A stretch of 58,288 bases of DNA from assembly GCA_038523235.1 (NCBI GenBank), contig JBCBJQ010000027.1, positions 1 through 58,288 of the forward strand. The letters run 5' to 3'. This document shows, in pieces, positions 27,550-38,400 of this stretch (its first letter is position 1; each line of letters begins with the position of its first letter). This DNA comes from Cyanobacteria bacterium J06626_4. Lineage in GTDB: Bacteria > Cyanobacteriota > Cyanobacteriia > Phormidesmidales > Phormidesmidaceae. The notes under the pieces are model-generated. The model was not told the DNA's origin. It ran no database searches and saw nothing but the letters and a program-made list of their open reading frames with translations. Position numbers and translations under genes: made by a program.

Positions 27550-28833
27550 ATGAACTCGCTTGGACGCCACATTCTCGTTGAGTTTCACGGTTGCTCCAGT
27601 GAAATTCTCAATGATGTCCCACACATTGAGAAAAGCATGCTGAAGGCGGCTAAAGAAGCCGGAGCCACCATTATCAGCTCCGTGTTTCATCACTTTTCAC
27701 CCTTCGGCGTCTCCGGCGTCGTCGTGATTCAAGAAAGTCATCTGGCCATCCATACCTGGCCCGAATATCGCTACGCTGCCGTCGATCTGTTTACCTGCGG
27801 CTATTCCGTCAGCCCCTGGACCTCCTACGAAATTTTGAAGGCGGAGTTTGAAGCGCATCATGGTTCCGCTGTGGAACTCAATCGGGGTCAATTAGAACTG
27901 CTGGAAAAATCGGATATCGACGTCGGTGAACTGCGCGATTCGGCTACTCAAAAGCTGATTACACCCCGCTACAGCCGCAGCGTCTGGTTTACCGATCGCA
28001 ATGAGAATATTGCCCTATCAATTCGGCATAAGGGCGATCGCGTCTTTTATGAAAAGTCGCCTTATCAAACCGTCGAAATTTTTGACACCTTTGAATACGG
28101 CAAAATGCTGTCGGTTGACAGCATGGTGATGTGTTCGGAAAAGGACGAGAAGGCCTACCACGAGATGATCATTCACGTGCCGATGCTGACGCAGCCCGCC
28201 ATTAAAGATGTGCTGGTGATTGGCGGCGGCGATGGCGGCAGCGTGCGCGAAATTTTGAAACATGATCAGGTGGAATCGATCACCATGGTCGAAATTGACG
28301 AAGCCGTGGTGCGGGCCTCTCGCGAATTTTTGCCCACCCTCTCTAGTGGACTCGATGACCCAAAGCTCAATCTGATCATTGGTGACGGCATCGAGTTCGT
28401 GAAAAATTCGCCCACCGACGCCTACGACCTAATCGTGGTGGATTCGTCTGATCCGGTGGGGCCAGCGGAAGGGCTGTTTAGTCAAACCTTTTATCAAGAC
28501 GTCTATCGCTGTCTGCGGCCCAACGGCTTGATGACCGCCCAAAGCGAATCACCCCGCTTTAACCAAAAGGCTTTTGTCGAGCTGCATCACTGCCTGGAAA
28601 ACATTTTTGGGGCAGAGTCGGTACATTGCTATCTAGCCTTTATTCCCACTTATCCCACTGGCATGTGGGGCTTCTCCTTCTGCTCAAAGGGCGGCCTGCA
28701 TCCGGTTGACGACCTGACCCGCGATCGCGCTGCCGAGTTTGCCCAGGTGCAGCAGCTGCAGTACTACAACGCAGGTATTCACCAGGCGGCGTTTTGTTTG
28801 CCCACCTTTATTCAAACGATGCTCGATGGCTAA
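27550..28833 (+). CDS. speE: Fused S-adenosylmethionine decarboxylase proenzyme (SpeD) and spermidine synthase (SpeE)
   Basis: N-terminal GRHILVEF...[21 protein letters not shown] (pyruvoyl cleavage site); C-terminal [26 protein letters not shown]. Confidence 0.93.
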   Translation: MNSLGRHILVEFHGCSSEILNDVPHIEKSMLKAAKEAGATIISSVFHHFSPFGVSGVVVIQESHLAIHTWPEYRYAAVDLFTCGYSVSPWTSYEILKAEFEAHHGSAVELNRGQLELLEKSDIDVGELRDSATQKLITPRYSRSVWFTDRNENIALSIRHKGDRVFYEKSPYQTVEIFDTFEYGKMLSVDSMVMCSEKDEKAYHEMIIHVPMLTQPAIKDVLVIGGGDGGSVREILKHDQVESITMVEIDEAVVRASREFLPTLSSGLDDPKLNLIIGDGIEFVKNSPTDAYDLIVVDSSDPVGPAEGLFSQTFYQDVYRCLRPNGLMTAQSESPRFNQKAFVELHHCLENIFGAESVHCYLAFIPTYPTGMWGFSFCSKGGLHPVDDLTRDRAAEFAQVQQLQYYNAGIHQAAFCLPTFIQTMLDG

Positions 28834-28931
28834 AGGCGACTTCAATGTTGATACCGCTACAGCTCTAGGCGATTCTTGAGCAACAGTCTATGACGCAGGC
28901 GCGCCACTCCAAACGATGAAAAGAGGCTTTC

Positions 28932-28996
28932 AGAACCCCGGTTTCTGTCGGAGCAAACCTGTGATGGACTGGTCATACCCAAGAAACCGGGGTTCT
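28932..28996. repeat. Inverted repeat pair AGAACCCCGGTTTCT / AGAAACCGGGGTTCT
   Basis: 15-bp arms at 28932-28946 and 28982-28996. Confidence 0.65.
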
Positions 28997-29029
28997 TGGA
29001 TATTTTTAGAGTAATAACATATCGGCACT

Positions 29030-29097
29030 GTCAGGACGGGTTTAGCCAGCAATCCTCAGTTCACGACTGTTAAGGTGACGGCAAAACCTGCTCCTAC
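29030..29097. repeat. REP-like element, second copy of 7866-7932
   Basis: GTCAGGACGGGTTTAGC...CAAAACCTGCTCCTACGG; same length and same trailing ATGGTTT. Confidence 0.6.
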
Positions 29098-29194
29098 GGA
29101 TATGGTTTGCCGCTAGCCATCTTCTTGACCGCCTCGCTTGGTTTAGGGAGCGGGGGCGGGCATGCTGGTTTCATAAGGGTTTGGTAATTCACTG

Positions 29195-30238
29195 ATGACG
29201 CACCCCAGCCGACAAGACCTCATTTGCAGCTTTGACCCCAGCGGCGTGGGTCTGGAAAATGGCAACTTTTGTGGATTGCCCTTTGACTACGACACGGCAG
29301 GCATTGTGCTGCTGGGGGTGCCCTGGGAGGTGACCGTGTCTTACCACGCCGGAACGGCGCAGGGGCCCGCCGCCGTGTTGAACGCATCGCCGCAGCTCGA
29401 TCTCTACGATTTCGACAATCCCGAGGGCTGGCAGCAGGGTATCTACATGCCGCCGTTACCGGAGTGGATGCAGCAGCGCAACGACGAGCTGCGCCCCCTG
29501 GCCGCTCAGATCATCGCCGCGACGGAGCAGGGCGTGGTGATTGAGCAAGATCCCGCCCTAGCGACGGCGCTCGCCACCGTCAACGAGGCCTGCCAAAAAG
29601 TGAACCAGTGGCTCTACGACCAAGCTCAACAGGCGATCTCGGCAGGCAAGCGGGTGGGGGCGATCGGGGGCGATCACAGCATTCCCCTGGGGCTGATACA
29701 AGCGCTGGCGGTGCAATACATCGACTTTGGTATTTTGCATATCGACGCCCACGCCGACCTGCGAGATGCCTATCAGGGGTTCCAATATTCTCACGCGTCG
29801 ATTATGACCAATGTGATGGCGCTGCCTCAGGTGTCGCGCTTGGTGCAGGTCGGCATCCGCGATGTTTCCCACCATGAGGTGGCCAAAATTGACGCCTCGG
29901 CAAGCCGCATCGTCGCCCATTACGACCCGGTATTGAAGGAGCGACGCTATGGCGGTGAGTCGTGGCTTGACCTGTGCCGCGATATCATTGCGCCCCTACC
30001 TCAGCGGGTTTATGTCAGCTGCGATGTCGATGGTCTCGACCCCAAGCTTTGCCCGCATACCGGCACCCCAGTACCCGGTGGACTGGAGCTAGAAGAGGTA
30101 TTTTGCCTGCTGCGATCGCTGGTACGCAGCGATCGGCAGATCATCGGCTTTGATGTGTCTGAGGTCGGGGATGGCGAGTGGGATGGCAATGTGGCCGCGC
30201 GGATGGTCTACAAGCTGTGCAATCTGATGGGGCTGTAA
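29195..30238 (+). CDS. speB: Agmatinase / ureohydrolase family protein
   Basis: GGDHS, HIDAHADLR, SHAS, DVDGLDP, TGTPVPGGL; adjacent to the speD-speE fusion. Confidence 0.85.
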   Translation: MTHPSRQDLICSFDPSGVGLENGNFCGLPFDYDTAGIVLLGVPWEVTVSYHAGTAQGPAAVLNASPQLDLYDFDNPEGWQQGIYMPPLPEWMQQRNDELRPLAAQIIAATEQGVVIEQDPALATALATVNEACQKVNQWLYDQAQQAISAGKRVGAIGGDHSIPLGLIQALAVQYIDFGILHIDAHADLRDAYQGFQYSHASIMTNVMALPQVSRLVQVGIRDVSHHEVAKIDASASRIVAHYDPVLKERRYGGESWLDLCRDIIAPLPQRVYVSCDVDGLDPKLCPHTGTPVPGGLELEEVFCLLRSLVRSDRQIIGFDVSEVGDGEWDGNVAARMVYKLCNLMGL

Positions 30239-30449
30239 GCCGCTTTGAGTAGCGCCGCCCAATATCTTTCCCCCGACGGACGTAAAGTGCTGACAACACT
30301 CATAAACTGGACTTTACATATTGAGTCACTGAGGTGACCTGTAATCACGGCTGCAGATTCCCCCATTGGTTGCGTTCTCGTGTCCGAGCGGTACGGCTGA
30401 ACCGGCCCGATCCGTTGTCCCCTCTTGACGTGTTCTCAACATCTTTATC

Positions 30450-31376
30450 ATGGCTGCCCCCCTCGTTAGCGCGATCGCCGCAAAGTCTTACCATCTGATC
30501 TTCAATCCCATTTCTGGCCCCGGAGAACCCGGTGCCAAGTTGATGGCAATCCAGTCAGCGCTAGAATCGCTGCCGAACTTCACCACGCACTTGACAAAGC
30601 CTGAGGTTTCGGCCCAAGACTTAGCCCAGCAGGCGGTTGCGGCAGGGGCTGACGTCGTCATTGCGGCTGGCGGCGATGGCACCGTATCAGGCGTTGCCAA
30701 GGCACTGGTCGATACCGATGTGGCGCTGGGCATCATTCCAGCGGGAACGGCCAACGCCTTTGCCGCCGCTTTACAAATTCCCGAAAGCTATCGTGACGCC
30801 TGCGAAATCATCCAAGCCGGCCACAGCCAGCGATTAGACACGGCCCGCTGCAACGGTGAAATGATGCTACTGGTTGCCTGTATTGGCTTTGAGTCAAACC
30901 TGCTCAACCGGATGGATCGCGAAGAAAAATCTCGCCTTGGCAAGCTGGCGATCGTGACTAATAGCTTCCAAGAGTTAGAGCGCATCGAGCAGTTTGAGGC
31001 GCAGGTGCACACCGACCAAGAACAGTGGCAAGAGATGGCCACTGCCGTCACGATCGCCAACACGGCCACGGCCAGTATGGTGCTCGCTCAAGGCCCCCCG
31101 CAAAACACCGCTGACGATGGCACGCTCAGCATCACGATGGTGACCCCCGACGACAAATGGGACATGCTGATGTCAGCGGCTGATTTGTTCCTGTCTGCGG
31201 TGCAACAGCGTCCGGCTCAGAGCGATACCGTGCATTGGTATGAGTCGCGGCGAGTTGAGGTCACGACCAAACCACCGCAGGCAGTTTTTGTCGATGGCGA
31301 ACCCGCTGGCAAAACGCCACTAACTGTCGAATGTCGCCCGCGATCGCTAACCGTGCTAACGTCCCCATCACGCTGA
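30450..31376 (+). CDS. YegS/BmrU diacylglycerol-kinase-family lipid kinase
   Basis: FNPISG, AAGGDGTVS, IPAGTANAFA, VDGE. Confidence 0.92.
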   Translation: MAAPLVSAIAAKSYHLIFNPISGPGEPGAKLMAIQSALESLPNFTTHLTKPEVSAQDLAQQAVAAGADVVIAAGGDGTVSGVAKALVDTDVALGIIPAGTANAFAAALQIPESYRDACEIIQAGHSQRLDTARCNGEMMLLVACIGFESNLLNRMDREEKSRLGKLAIVTNSFQELERIEQFEAQVHTDQEQWQEMATAVTIANTATASMVLAQGPPQNTADDGTLSITMVTPDDKWDMLMSAADLFLSAVQQRPAQSDTVHWYESRRVEVTTKPPQAVFVDGEPAGKTPLTVECRPRSLTVLTSPSR

Positions 31377-31770
31377 GTAACCTGACCGCTGTCGGAAAGT
31401 CGAGGGAGTTACCAATCGGGTCTGCTGCCATGGCAACCTGCTACAGCAAGCCGCCGTCTGATCAAGTCACTCCAGATGACTGTAATCATTGTCTAATCGG
31501 CTTTTCAGGTCCAATTTCTGCATTCCGAAACTTGGCTCCAACACTACGCTTGAGATCTGGCGCACCGGCGGCGGCGAGTATTTTTCAGGCGATGCTCGTA
31601 ACTATCGCCACACGATCCTTCGTCTACCCTCCCCTGCTTCTACTTTCCCCTTGGTTGACTGGCCTCGTCGCTGCTGCAAAGAGCCGTAACGTTAGTCGTC
31701 TACGCCCTTGGGTTTCCGCGCCTTCTGAGGTAGTATCCGCTAGCCTAGGCATAGAGGCCAAAGAGCACAT

Positions 31771-33210
31771 ATGACTATCCAGACGCCAGCATGGGTCAAG
31801 CACGCCGTTTTTTATCAAATTTTCCCCGATCGCTTTGCTCGCACCCATCGCCCCTTAAACCATCCGGCTATGGCAGTCACCTTAGAGCCTTGGGAAACCC
31901 CGCCCACCCTCTCAGGGTATAAGGGTGGTGATTTGTGGGGTGTGGTTGAAAACCTCGACTATTTAAAGGATCTGGGCATCAATGCCATTTATTTCACCCC
32001 AATTTTCCAATCAGCGTGCAACCATCGCTATCACACCCACGACTACTACCAGGTTGATCCGCTGCTGGGGGGCAACGAAGCCTTTGCGGATCTGCTGACG
32101 GCGGCCCACGATCGCGGCATTCGGGTGGTGTTAGATGGGGTCTTCAACCATGCCAGCCGGGGCTTCTTCTTCTTTAACGACATTTTAGAAAATGGCCCCC
32201 ATTCCCCCTGGTTAGAGTGGTTCAAGATTGAGAACTGGCCGCTGTCAGCCTATGACGGGGCGCAACCGGCTAACTATACGAGCTGGGTCAATAATCGCGC
32301 GCTGCCCCAGTTTAATCACGCCAATCCGGCGGTACGGGAATACATCATGCAGATTGGCGAACACTGGATTCGTCAGGGCATTGATGGCTGGCGGCTAGAC
32401 GTGCCCTTTGAGGTGCAAGTCCCGGGGTTTTGGGAAGAATTTCGCGATCGCATCAAGGCGATCAATCCGGACGCCTATATCGTTGGCGAAATTTGGAAGC
32501 CCGCGCCCGAGTGGCTGGATGGCACGAAGTTTGACGGCGTCATGAACTACGTGTTTGCGGGGCCGACGATGGCCTTTGCGGCGGGCGATCGCGTCACTAT
32601 GCAGTATGCCGAGGTGCCCGAATACTATCCCTATCCAGCGCTAGATGCAGCGGGCTACCGCTCTAAAATCGAAGCGTTGCTCACCCTCTATCCCTGGGAA
32701 ATTCAGCTCACCCAGCTCAACCTGCTCTCGAGCCATGACATTGCTCGCGCCCTGACAGTGATGGGCGGTGACCTGGCCAGTTTGGAGCTGGCGGTGCTGC
32801 TGCAAATGACGTTTCCCGGTGCGCCCTGTATCTACTACGGCGACGAAGTGGGCCTCGACGGCGGCCTTGACCCCGACTGTCGCAAGGTTTTCCCCCCCGA
32901 AAAAGCGTGGCATCAGCCGCTGCTCAAGCATCACAAAGTCTTGGTGGCGCTGCGGCATCACTATGCCGCCCTGCGCACCGGCAGTTATACCGTGTGGCTG
33001 ACCGACGGTGACCTCTATGGCTTTAAGCGCGAGCTGGGAGACGAGACGCTGCTGGTGTTAGTCAATGCCGGCCAGACTGCTGTACCAGTAGAACGCGCCG
33101 CCCATGGCGACCTGGCGGCTGATTGGCGAACTGTCTTTGGTGAGCTGGTAGTCACACCTGAGCACGTGACAGTGCCTAGTCGTTCCGGGGGAATTTTGGC
33201 TCAGCCTTAG
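31771..33210 (+). CDS. GH13 neopullulanase/cyclomaltodextrinase-like alpha-glucan hydrolase
   Basis: FYQIFPDRF, DGVFNH, GWRLDV, VGEIW, SSHD, IYYGDE. Confidence 0.93.
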   Translation: MTIQTPAWVKHAVFYQIFPDRFARTHRPLNHPAMAVTLEPWETPPTLSGYKGGDLWGVVENLDYLKDLGINAIYFTPIFQSACNHRYHTHDYYQVDPLLGGNEAFADLLTAAHDRGIRVVLDGVFNHASRGFFFFNDILENGPHSPWLEWFKIENWPLSAYDGAQPANYTSWVNNRALPQFNHANPAVREYIMQIGEHWIRQGIDGWRLDVPFEVQVPGFWEEFRDRIKAINPDAYIVGEIWKPAPEWLDGTKFDGVMNYVFAGPTMAFAAGDRVTMQYAEVPEYYPYPALDAAGYRSKIEALLTLYPWEIQLTQLNLLSSHDIARALTVMGGDLASLELAVLLQMTFPGAPCIYYGDEVGLDGGLDPDCRKVFPPEKAWHQPLLKHHKVLVALRHHYAALRTGSYTVWLTDGDLYGFKRELGDETLLVLVNAGQTAVPVERAAHGDLAADWRTVFGELVVTPEHVTVPSRSGGILAQP

Positions 33211-34303
33211 CCACTTCGGGCGCTTTTTTGAGTTTCTTCGGCCGCTGAACAACAATGGTTACGAGGGTAATCACCGTGAGGGGAATGACGAACAGCAGCA
33301 TGACGTTGCTGTAGAGCCCGAGCTGATCGTGACCGATCGCATTCAGCCCCAGATAGGCCGTGTAGGCCACGTAGTAGCTGATGAAGAGCATCCCTTCCCA
33401 GCGAGAAATGCGGTTGCCGGTGTAAAAGATCGGCAGCGAGGCGATCGCCACCGCCAGCATTACCGGAATGTCGAAGCTGATGGCCGCACTCGAAACGGGC
33501 ACGCCGGTAAAGGTCGCCGTCACGCCCAAAATCGTCAAAATGTTGAAGATATTGCTGCCGACCACGTTGCCCACGGCAATATCGCGTTCACCGCGATAGC
33601 AGGCCACCATCGAGGTCGCTAACTCAGGCAGCGACGTGCCCACGGCCACGATAGTTAAACCAATCACGAGCTGACTCACCCCCATCGACTGAGCAATGGC
33701 AGTCGCTCCAAACACGAGCAGGTTGGCCCCAGCCACTAAGACGACCAACCCAATCAGCAGGGTTGAAACATGCTTGAGCAGATGCTGCCAGGTTTTAGGA
33801 CTGGCATCGGCGTACTCTTTTTCATACTCTGCTTGCACCTCGGCGTCTGATTCGCGGCGACTTTGATATACCAAAAAACCGGTGTAGAAAATGCTGCCCA
33901 GCAGCAAGACGATGCCATCGACCCGACCCAGTTCGCCATCCATCGAAAACATCAGCATCAGCCCGGTGACCCCAATCATGATCGGCACATCGAGCCGAAT
34001 CAGCTGCTGGGCCACCGTTAGCGGCACAATCAGGGCGGCGATGCCCAGGGTCATCAAAATATTGAAGATGTTGCTGCCGATGACGTTGCCGAGGGCGATT
34101 TCGGCTTGCCCGTGCAGGCTGGCCTGCAGACTGACCGCCAGCTCCGGGGCGCTAGTGCCATAGCTCACTACGGTCAGCCCAATGACTAAGGGCGACAGGC
34201 CAATCACCGCCGCGAGCTTGGCCGCCCCTCTGACAAACCCTTCGGCCCCCGCAATCAGCAACACAAAGCCCGCTAATACCGACAGTAAGACAAGTAAACT
34301 CAT
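33176..34303 (-). CDS. Calcium/sodium antiporter (YrbG/CaCA family)
   Basis: Two alpha-repeats: GTSAPEL...GNVIGSNIFN and GTSLPEL...GNVVGSNIFN. Confidence 0.94.
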   Translation of the reverse strand: MSLLVLLSVLAGFVLLIAGAEGFVRGAAKLAAVIGLSPLVIGLTVVSYGTSAPELAVSLQASLHGQAEIALGNVIGSNIFNILMTLGIAALIVPLTVAQQLIRLDVPIMIGVTGLMLMFSMDGELGRVDGIVLLLGSIFYTGFLVYQSRRESDAEVQAEYEKEYADASPKTWQHLLKHVSTLLIGLVVLVAGANLLVFGATAIAQSMGVSQLVIGLTIVAVGTSLPELATSMVACYRGERDIAVGNVVGSNIFNILTILGVTATFTGVPVSSAAISFDIPVMLAVAIASLPIFYTGNRISRWEGMLFISYYVAYTAYLGLNAIGHDQLGLYSNVMLLFVIPLTVITLVTIVVQRPKKLKKAPEVAKAEPKFPRND

Positions 34304-34728
34304 GGCAACGTCACGATTAGCGGTTTCTCAATTAAGCCAGCAGCGCGCGGGATCTGCCTGGAAAGCTGGGGAATTTTGTACAAAACCTTTCATCGCACTT
34401 TAATGCGTGCTGACCGGGGTCCGGAGGCCCCAACCCAACCGGGTGTTTTCTGAAATTGCGAGGCTCGATGTCTCAGAGTAGTCAGGAACACGTTGAGAGT
34501 CATGCGGTTACTAATAGCCCTTACCTACCATGCTAGGCCAAATCATCGATGCGATACGGATTCTCTAGCATATCCATATTCCCTAGCAGCTATTGAGGTT
34601 GACGTCACACCTTCTGAATTGTTTACAGGGAGTTTGTAGACTAAAAATGGACTAGTCAGTGACCGACAGCCCGGCGGGCGATCGCGGTCACCAGCCCTCG
34701 CTCTTTTTAGCCTCACTTCTGTCTACCT

Positions 34729-35307
34729 ATGTCGCTTGCTCCTTGGCGATCGCCCCTGGCGCGGGCGCTGCATCGCAATCGCAGTCGTGCCGATAGCCGC
34801 TATCCCCAACTCGCCACCGTCCGCCCTGATGGTCGTCCCGCTAATCGTACGGTCGTGTTTCGCGACTTTTGGGCTGACACGAATTGCCTGCTATTTGTCA
34901 CCGATGCCCGCAGCGACAAGCTGCACCACATCGAGCAGCATCGCGGGGCGGCGCTGTGTTGGTATTTCACCCAGACCCGTGAACAGTTTCGCCTTGGCGG
35001 TGAGCTGCAGGCGCTGACGGCTGACAGTGACAAGGCGGCGGCGATGCCGATTCGTCGCGACCTGTGGCACCGGCTGTCAGATAATGCTCGACAGCAGTTT
35101 GCCTGGCCATCGCCTGGTCAGCCAAGGCTGACGACCGGCTATGAGCCCACTGATTTGAGCGAGTCGGAACCCCTGGATACGTTTGCCGTTTTGGTGTTTG
35201 ACCCCGATACCGTTGATCATCTAGCCCTGAAGGGCACGCCACAAAATCGTTGGCAGTATTGCCGACAGCCGGATCACTCCTGGCAAATGATCGAGGTCAA
35301 TCCGTAG
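34729..35307 (+). CDS. Pyridoxamine 5'-phosphate oxidase-related FMN-binding protein
   Basis: QLATVRPDGRPANRTVVFR, TDARSDK, CWYF..TREQFR, VDHLAL. Confidence 0.88.
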   Translation: MSLAPWRSPLARALHRNRSRADSRYPQLATVRPDGRPANRTVVFRDFWADTNCLLFVTDARSDKLHHIEQHRGAALCWYFTQTREQFRLGGELQALTADSDKAAAMPIRRDLWHRLSDNARQQFAWPSPGQPRLTTGYEPTDLSESEPLDTFAVLVFDPDTVDHLALKGTPQNRWQYCRQPDHSWQMIEVNP

Positions 35308-35490
35308 GAGTGGTCAATTAGCTGAGATAACGCCAGTTCGGGTTAAGCCAAACACCGGTTCTTTCCTCTCTGGGGAGGGCTAATGGGGTGGGTTGAGATT
35401 GACCACCCACTACGCCTTTTCACCCACTCCGAACTCTGAGTTTTCTGCTCCGACTCCCAAGCGCTATCCCCTTCTATTCTCGGATGCCGG

Positions 35491-38400
35491 TCAAACCGCC
35501 ACTCTCCCCTCAGCTCGACCAAACAGCGCATAGTGCTCAAAGCCACTAGAGAAAGCGCCCGCCTGCACGGCGGCGGCCACATCGCTGTTCCCATTCAGAT
35601 AGGTACTCTCATTGAAGAAATTCGACGGGGCACGACCCTCCTGTTGGCCAAAGCTGATGAAATGCTCAAAACCGCTAGAGAAAACGCCTGCCTGCACGGC
35701 TGCCGCCACATCGGCGTTCTGCTGCTGATAAAAGGCCTCTTCAAACAGTAAAGTCGAGAGCCGCCCTTCGTCGTCGCCGAACTCGATAAAGTGCTCAAAC
35801 CCACTGGCGAAGGTACCGCTCGCTACGGCGGCACCGACATCAGGATTGTTCAGCAAATAATCGCTGGCATCAAACAGCGTGCTGGGGTCGCGGTTTTCCC
35901 AATGCCCAAAGCTCAGATAGTGCATCAGGCCACTGCTGAGGCTACCGTTGGCGATCGCTGCCGCCACATCGGCATTGTTAGCTCGGTAAAATGCTTCGTC
36001 AAAATAGGCGCTGGGGTTGCGACCTTCGTTGATGCCAAACTGCACGAAATGGTCGTAGCCGGTGGCAAAACCTCCCTGCGCGACAGCGGCAGCGATGTCA
36101 GGATTTTGCGCGAGATAATAGGTCTCATCAAAGAGTTCCGCCAGTAGCAGACCCCCCATTTCTAGACCAATCGCGGCGAACTCACTCGGCGCGAGCTGGC
36201 CATTATCCACGGCTTGAAATTGAGCGAACTGCGCGAAGGTAAAGACCGGATTCGCGCTGCGGTCGTTGTCCTCAATCGCGATCGCTTGGCTGCTCACGCC
36301 CCCCAGCGTCAGTCCCGCCGAAGGATTGCTCAGGGTTAAGATCGCCGTTTCGGTTCCTTCAATTAAGTCATCATCGACGATGGTAAAGGTGCCAGTGCCA
36401 GTGGTCTGGCCGTCGAGAATCGTAATCGTCGGGGTGCTGAGGGTGTAGTCTCCGGCGGTGAGGTTGCTGCCAGCAATCCCCAAATTCACAGTTTGATCAC
36501 CCGTGACCGTGCCCGCTGCTGTCACTGTTACCGTAATGGCCGTAGCATCGGCTTCGCTGCCGCTGGCGGCACTTACCGCCAGATTCGCCGCCTGCACATC
36601 ATTATCGGTGACGGCAACGGTGATATCGGCCAGACTCAAGCCACTGTAGTCCTTGTCTGTGCTGCTGACGGTGTGGCTGATGGCGCTGGTGTGTGCCCCT
36701 TCCACGTCGCTGTCATCCACTGCCGTCACCGTCACCGTTTGGGCCGTATCCCAGTTCTTCGCGGTAAAGGTCAGGGTGGTCTTATCTAGCGTGGTCTGGC
36801 TATCGGGTGACAGATCTACCGTCACCGTGTCCGTTGGTTGCGTATCGAGCACCACGATATAGCTATCGGTTGGGCCGCCTTCAGTGACGGCGGTTGTGCC
36901 CTCTGACTCGACGAGGGTAATGCCCACAACGTCGTTGTCGGTGGTGCTCACCGTTACCGCTTTATCCGGCAAGCTATCAAAGGCGTCGTCGCTGGCGGCA
37001 TCGTTAACGCTGAGGGTGATGGTGCTGGTTTGGGTGCCATCGGTTCCCGCATCATCAACGCCGGTAATCGTCACCGTTTGGGCCTGATTCCAGTTTTTGT
37101 TGGTAAAGGTCAGGGTGGCGGTATCGACGGTGGCCTCGCCCGTATCGTCACTGGTGACGGTGAGTTCTACATTGGTGAGCGGCTGACTATTCAACACCAC
37201 GGTAAAGGTATCCGTCGTGCCCGACTCGTCAACGGTGGTGGTGCCGCCAGATTCCACCACTGTGAAACCAGGCCCATCGTTGTCGGTAATCGTCAGGGTG
37301 GCAGTAGCGCGATCGCCCAGCGTCAGATTGGTCGGATTGCTCAACCCCAGCACCAGGATTTCATCGCCTTCGACCGTTGCATCATCGGTGATGGGAATCG
37401 CCACGGTTTTACTGCCTTCACCATTGGCAAAATTCACCGTAACGGGCAAGCCACTACCGTCATAATCGCTGCCTGCCGTGGCCGTGCTGCCCGGCTGCAC
37501 GTTGACTTGCACAGAAGCTGTGCCCTGGGTGCTACCTCGGGTCACCGTGACGATGGTGCTCGTTCCCCCGTCTTCAGCAGTGATGAATGTATCTTGAGTG
37601 AACTGCACACTAGGCAAATTTGCCGCCCCCGGCGTCGGCGTGGCGGTGATAAAGCTGCTGGTGTTGCGCTGACCGCCGCTGCCATTGGCGACCCGCTGCA
37701 ACGATTGCATCGTGCCCTGGCCGTCGCCGTTTTCATTTACCTGGGCTTGGCCGATATTCAGCAAGGGCAGCAGTCCCGCATCATCGGCATCGTCTGTGTC
37801 ATAGACGATCGCATCCACCACGGTCGCCGTACTCACCGTCGTCCCATTGGGAAAGTCAGTCGCATCGCCAATCTGCAGCGCTACCGCATCCGCACCGTTT
37901 TGCAGCCCGTCAGTGGTGAACTCAACCAAATCCACATTGGCCACAGCTGCACTGCCCACCACAAAATAGCCATTGGCATCGGTGGTTTGGCCATCTAGAT
38001 CGATCGCGTCATAAACTTTATCGCCATTGCCGTTGTAAAGCACCAGCACCAGCCCATCGAGTGCGGTGTTACCGGCTCCGCCGTCGTACAGCTCGATAAA
38101 TTCGATGCCATCGGTGCCGGGGTTATCGACGTCAATCTCGTTGATCACGACAAAGGGCGTGCCGTAGCCAGTGACATCAAAGGTATAGGTGCTTTCATCG
38201 CTGTCGTTGCTGGTGACGGTCACCGTGGTGGTGTGAAAGCCCGCCGCCGCTGGATCAAAGGTGATATCAAAGGTGGAGTTGCTCCCAGCGGCAATGCTGC
38301 TCCCTGGCTGTGTTGTCACCGTGAAATGGGTGTTGTCGCTGAGGGTGACCAAGGGCGCACCCGATAGGGTCAGGGCTGCTGAGCCCTCGTTGGCGATCGT

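Noticed and set aside
34304..34728. Mn2+ or Na+ riboswitch upstream of the Ca/Na antiporter
   Set aside because: Only a short GC hairpin is visible; I could not find the consensus motifs.
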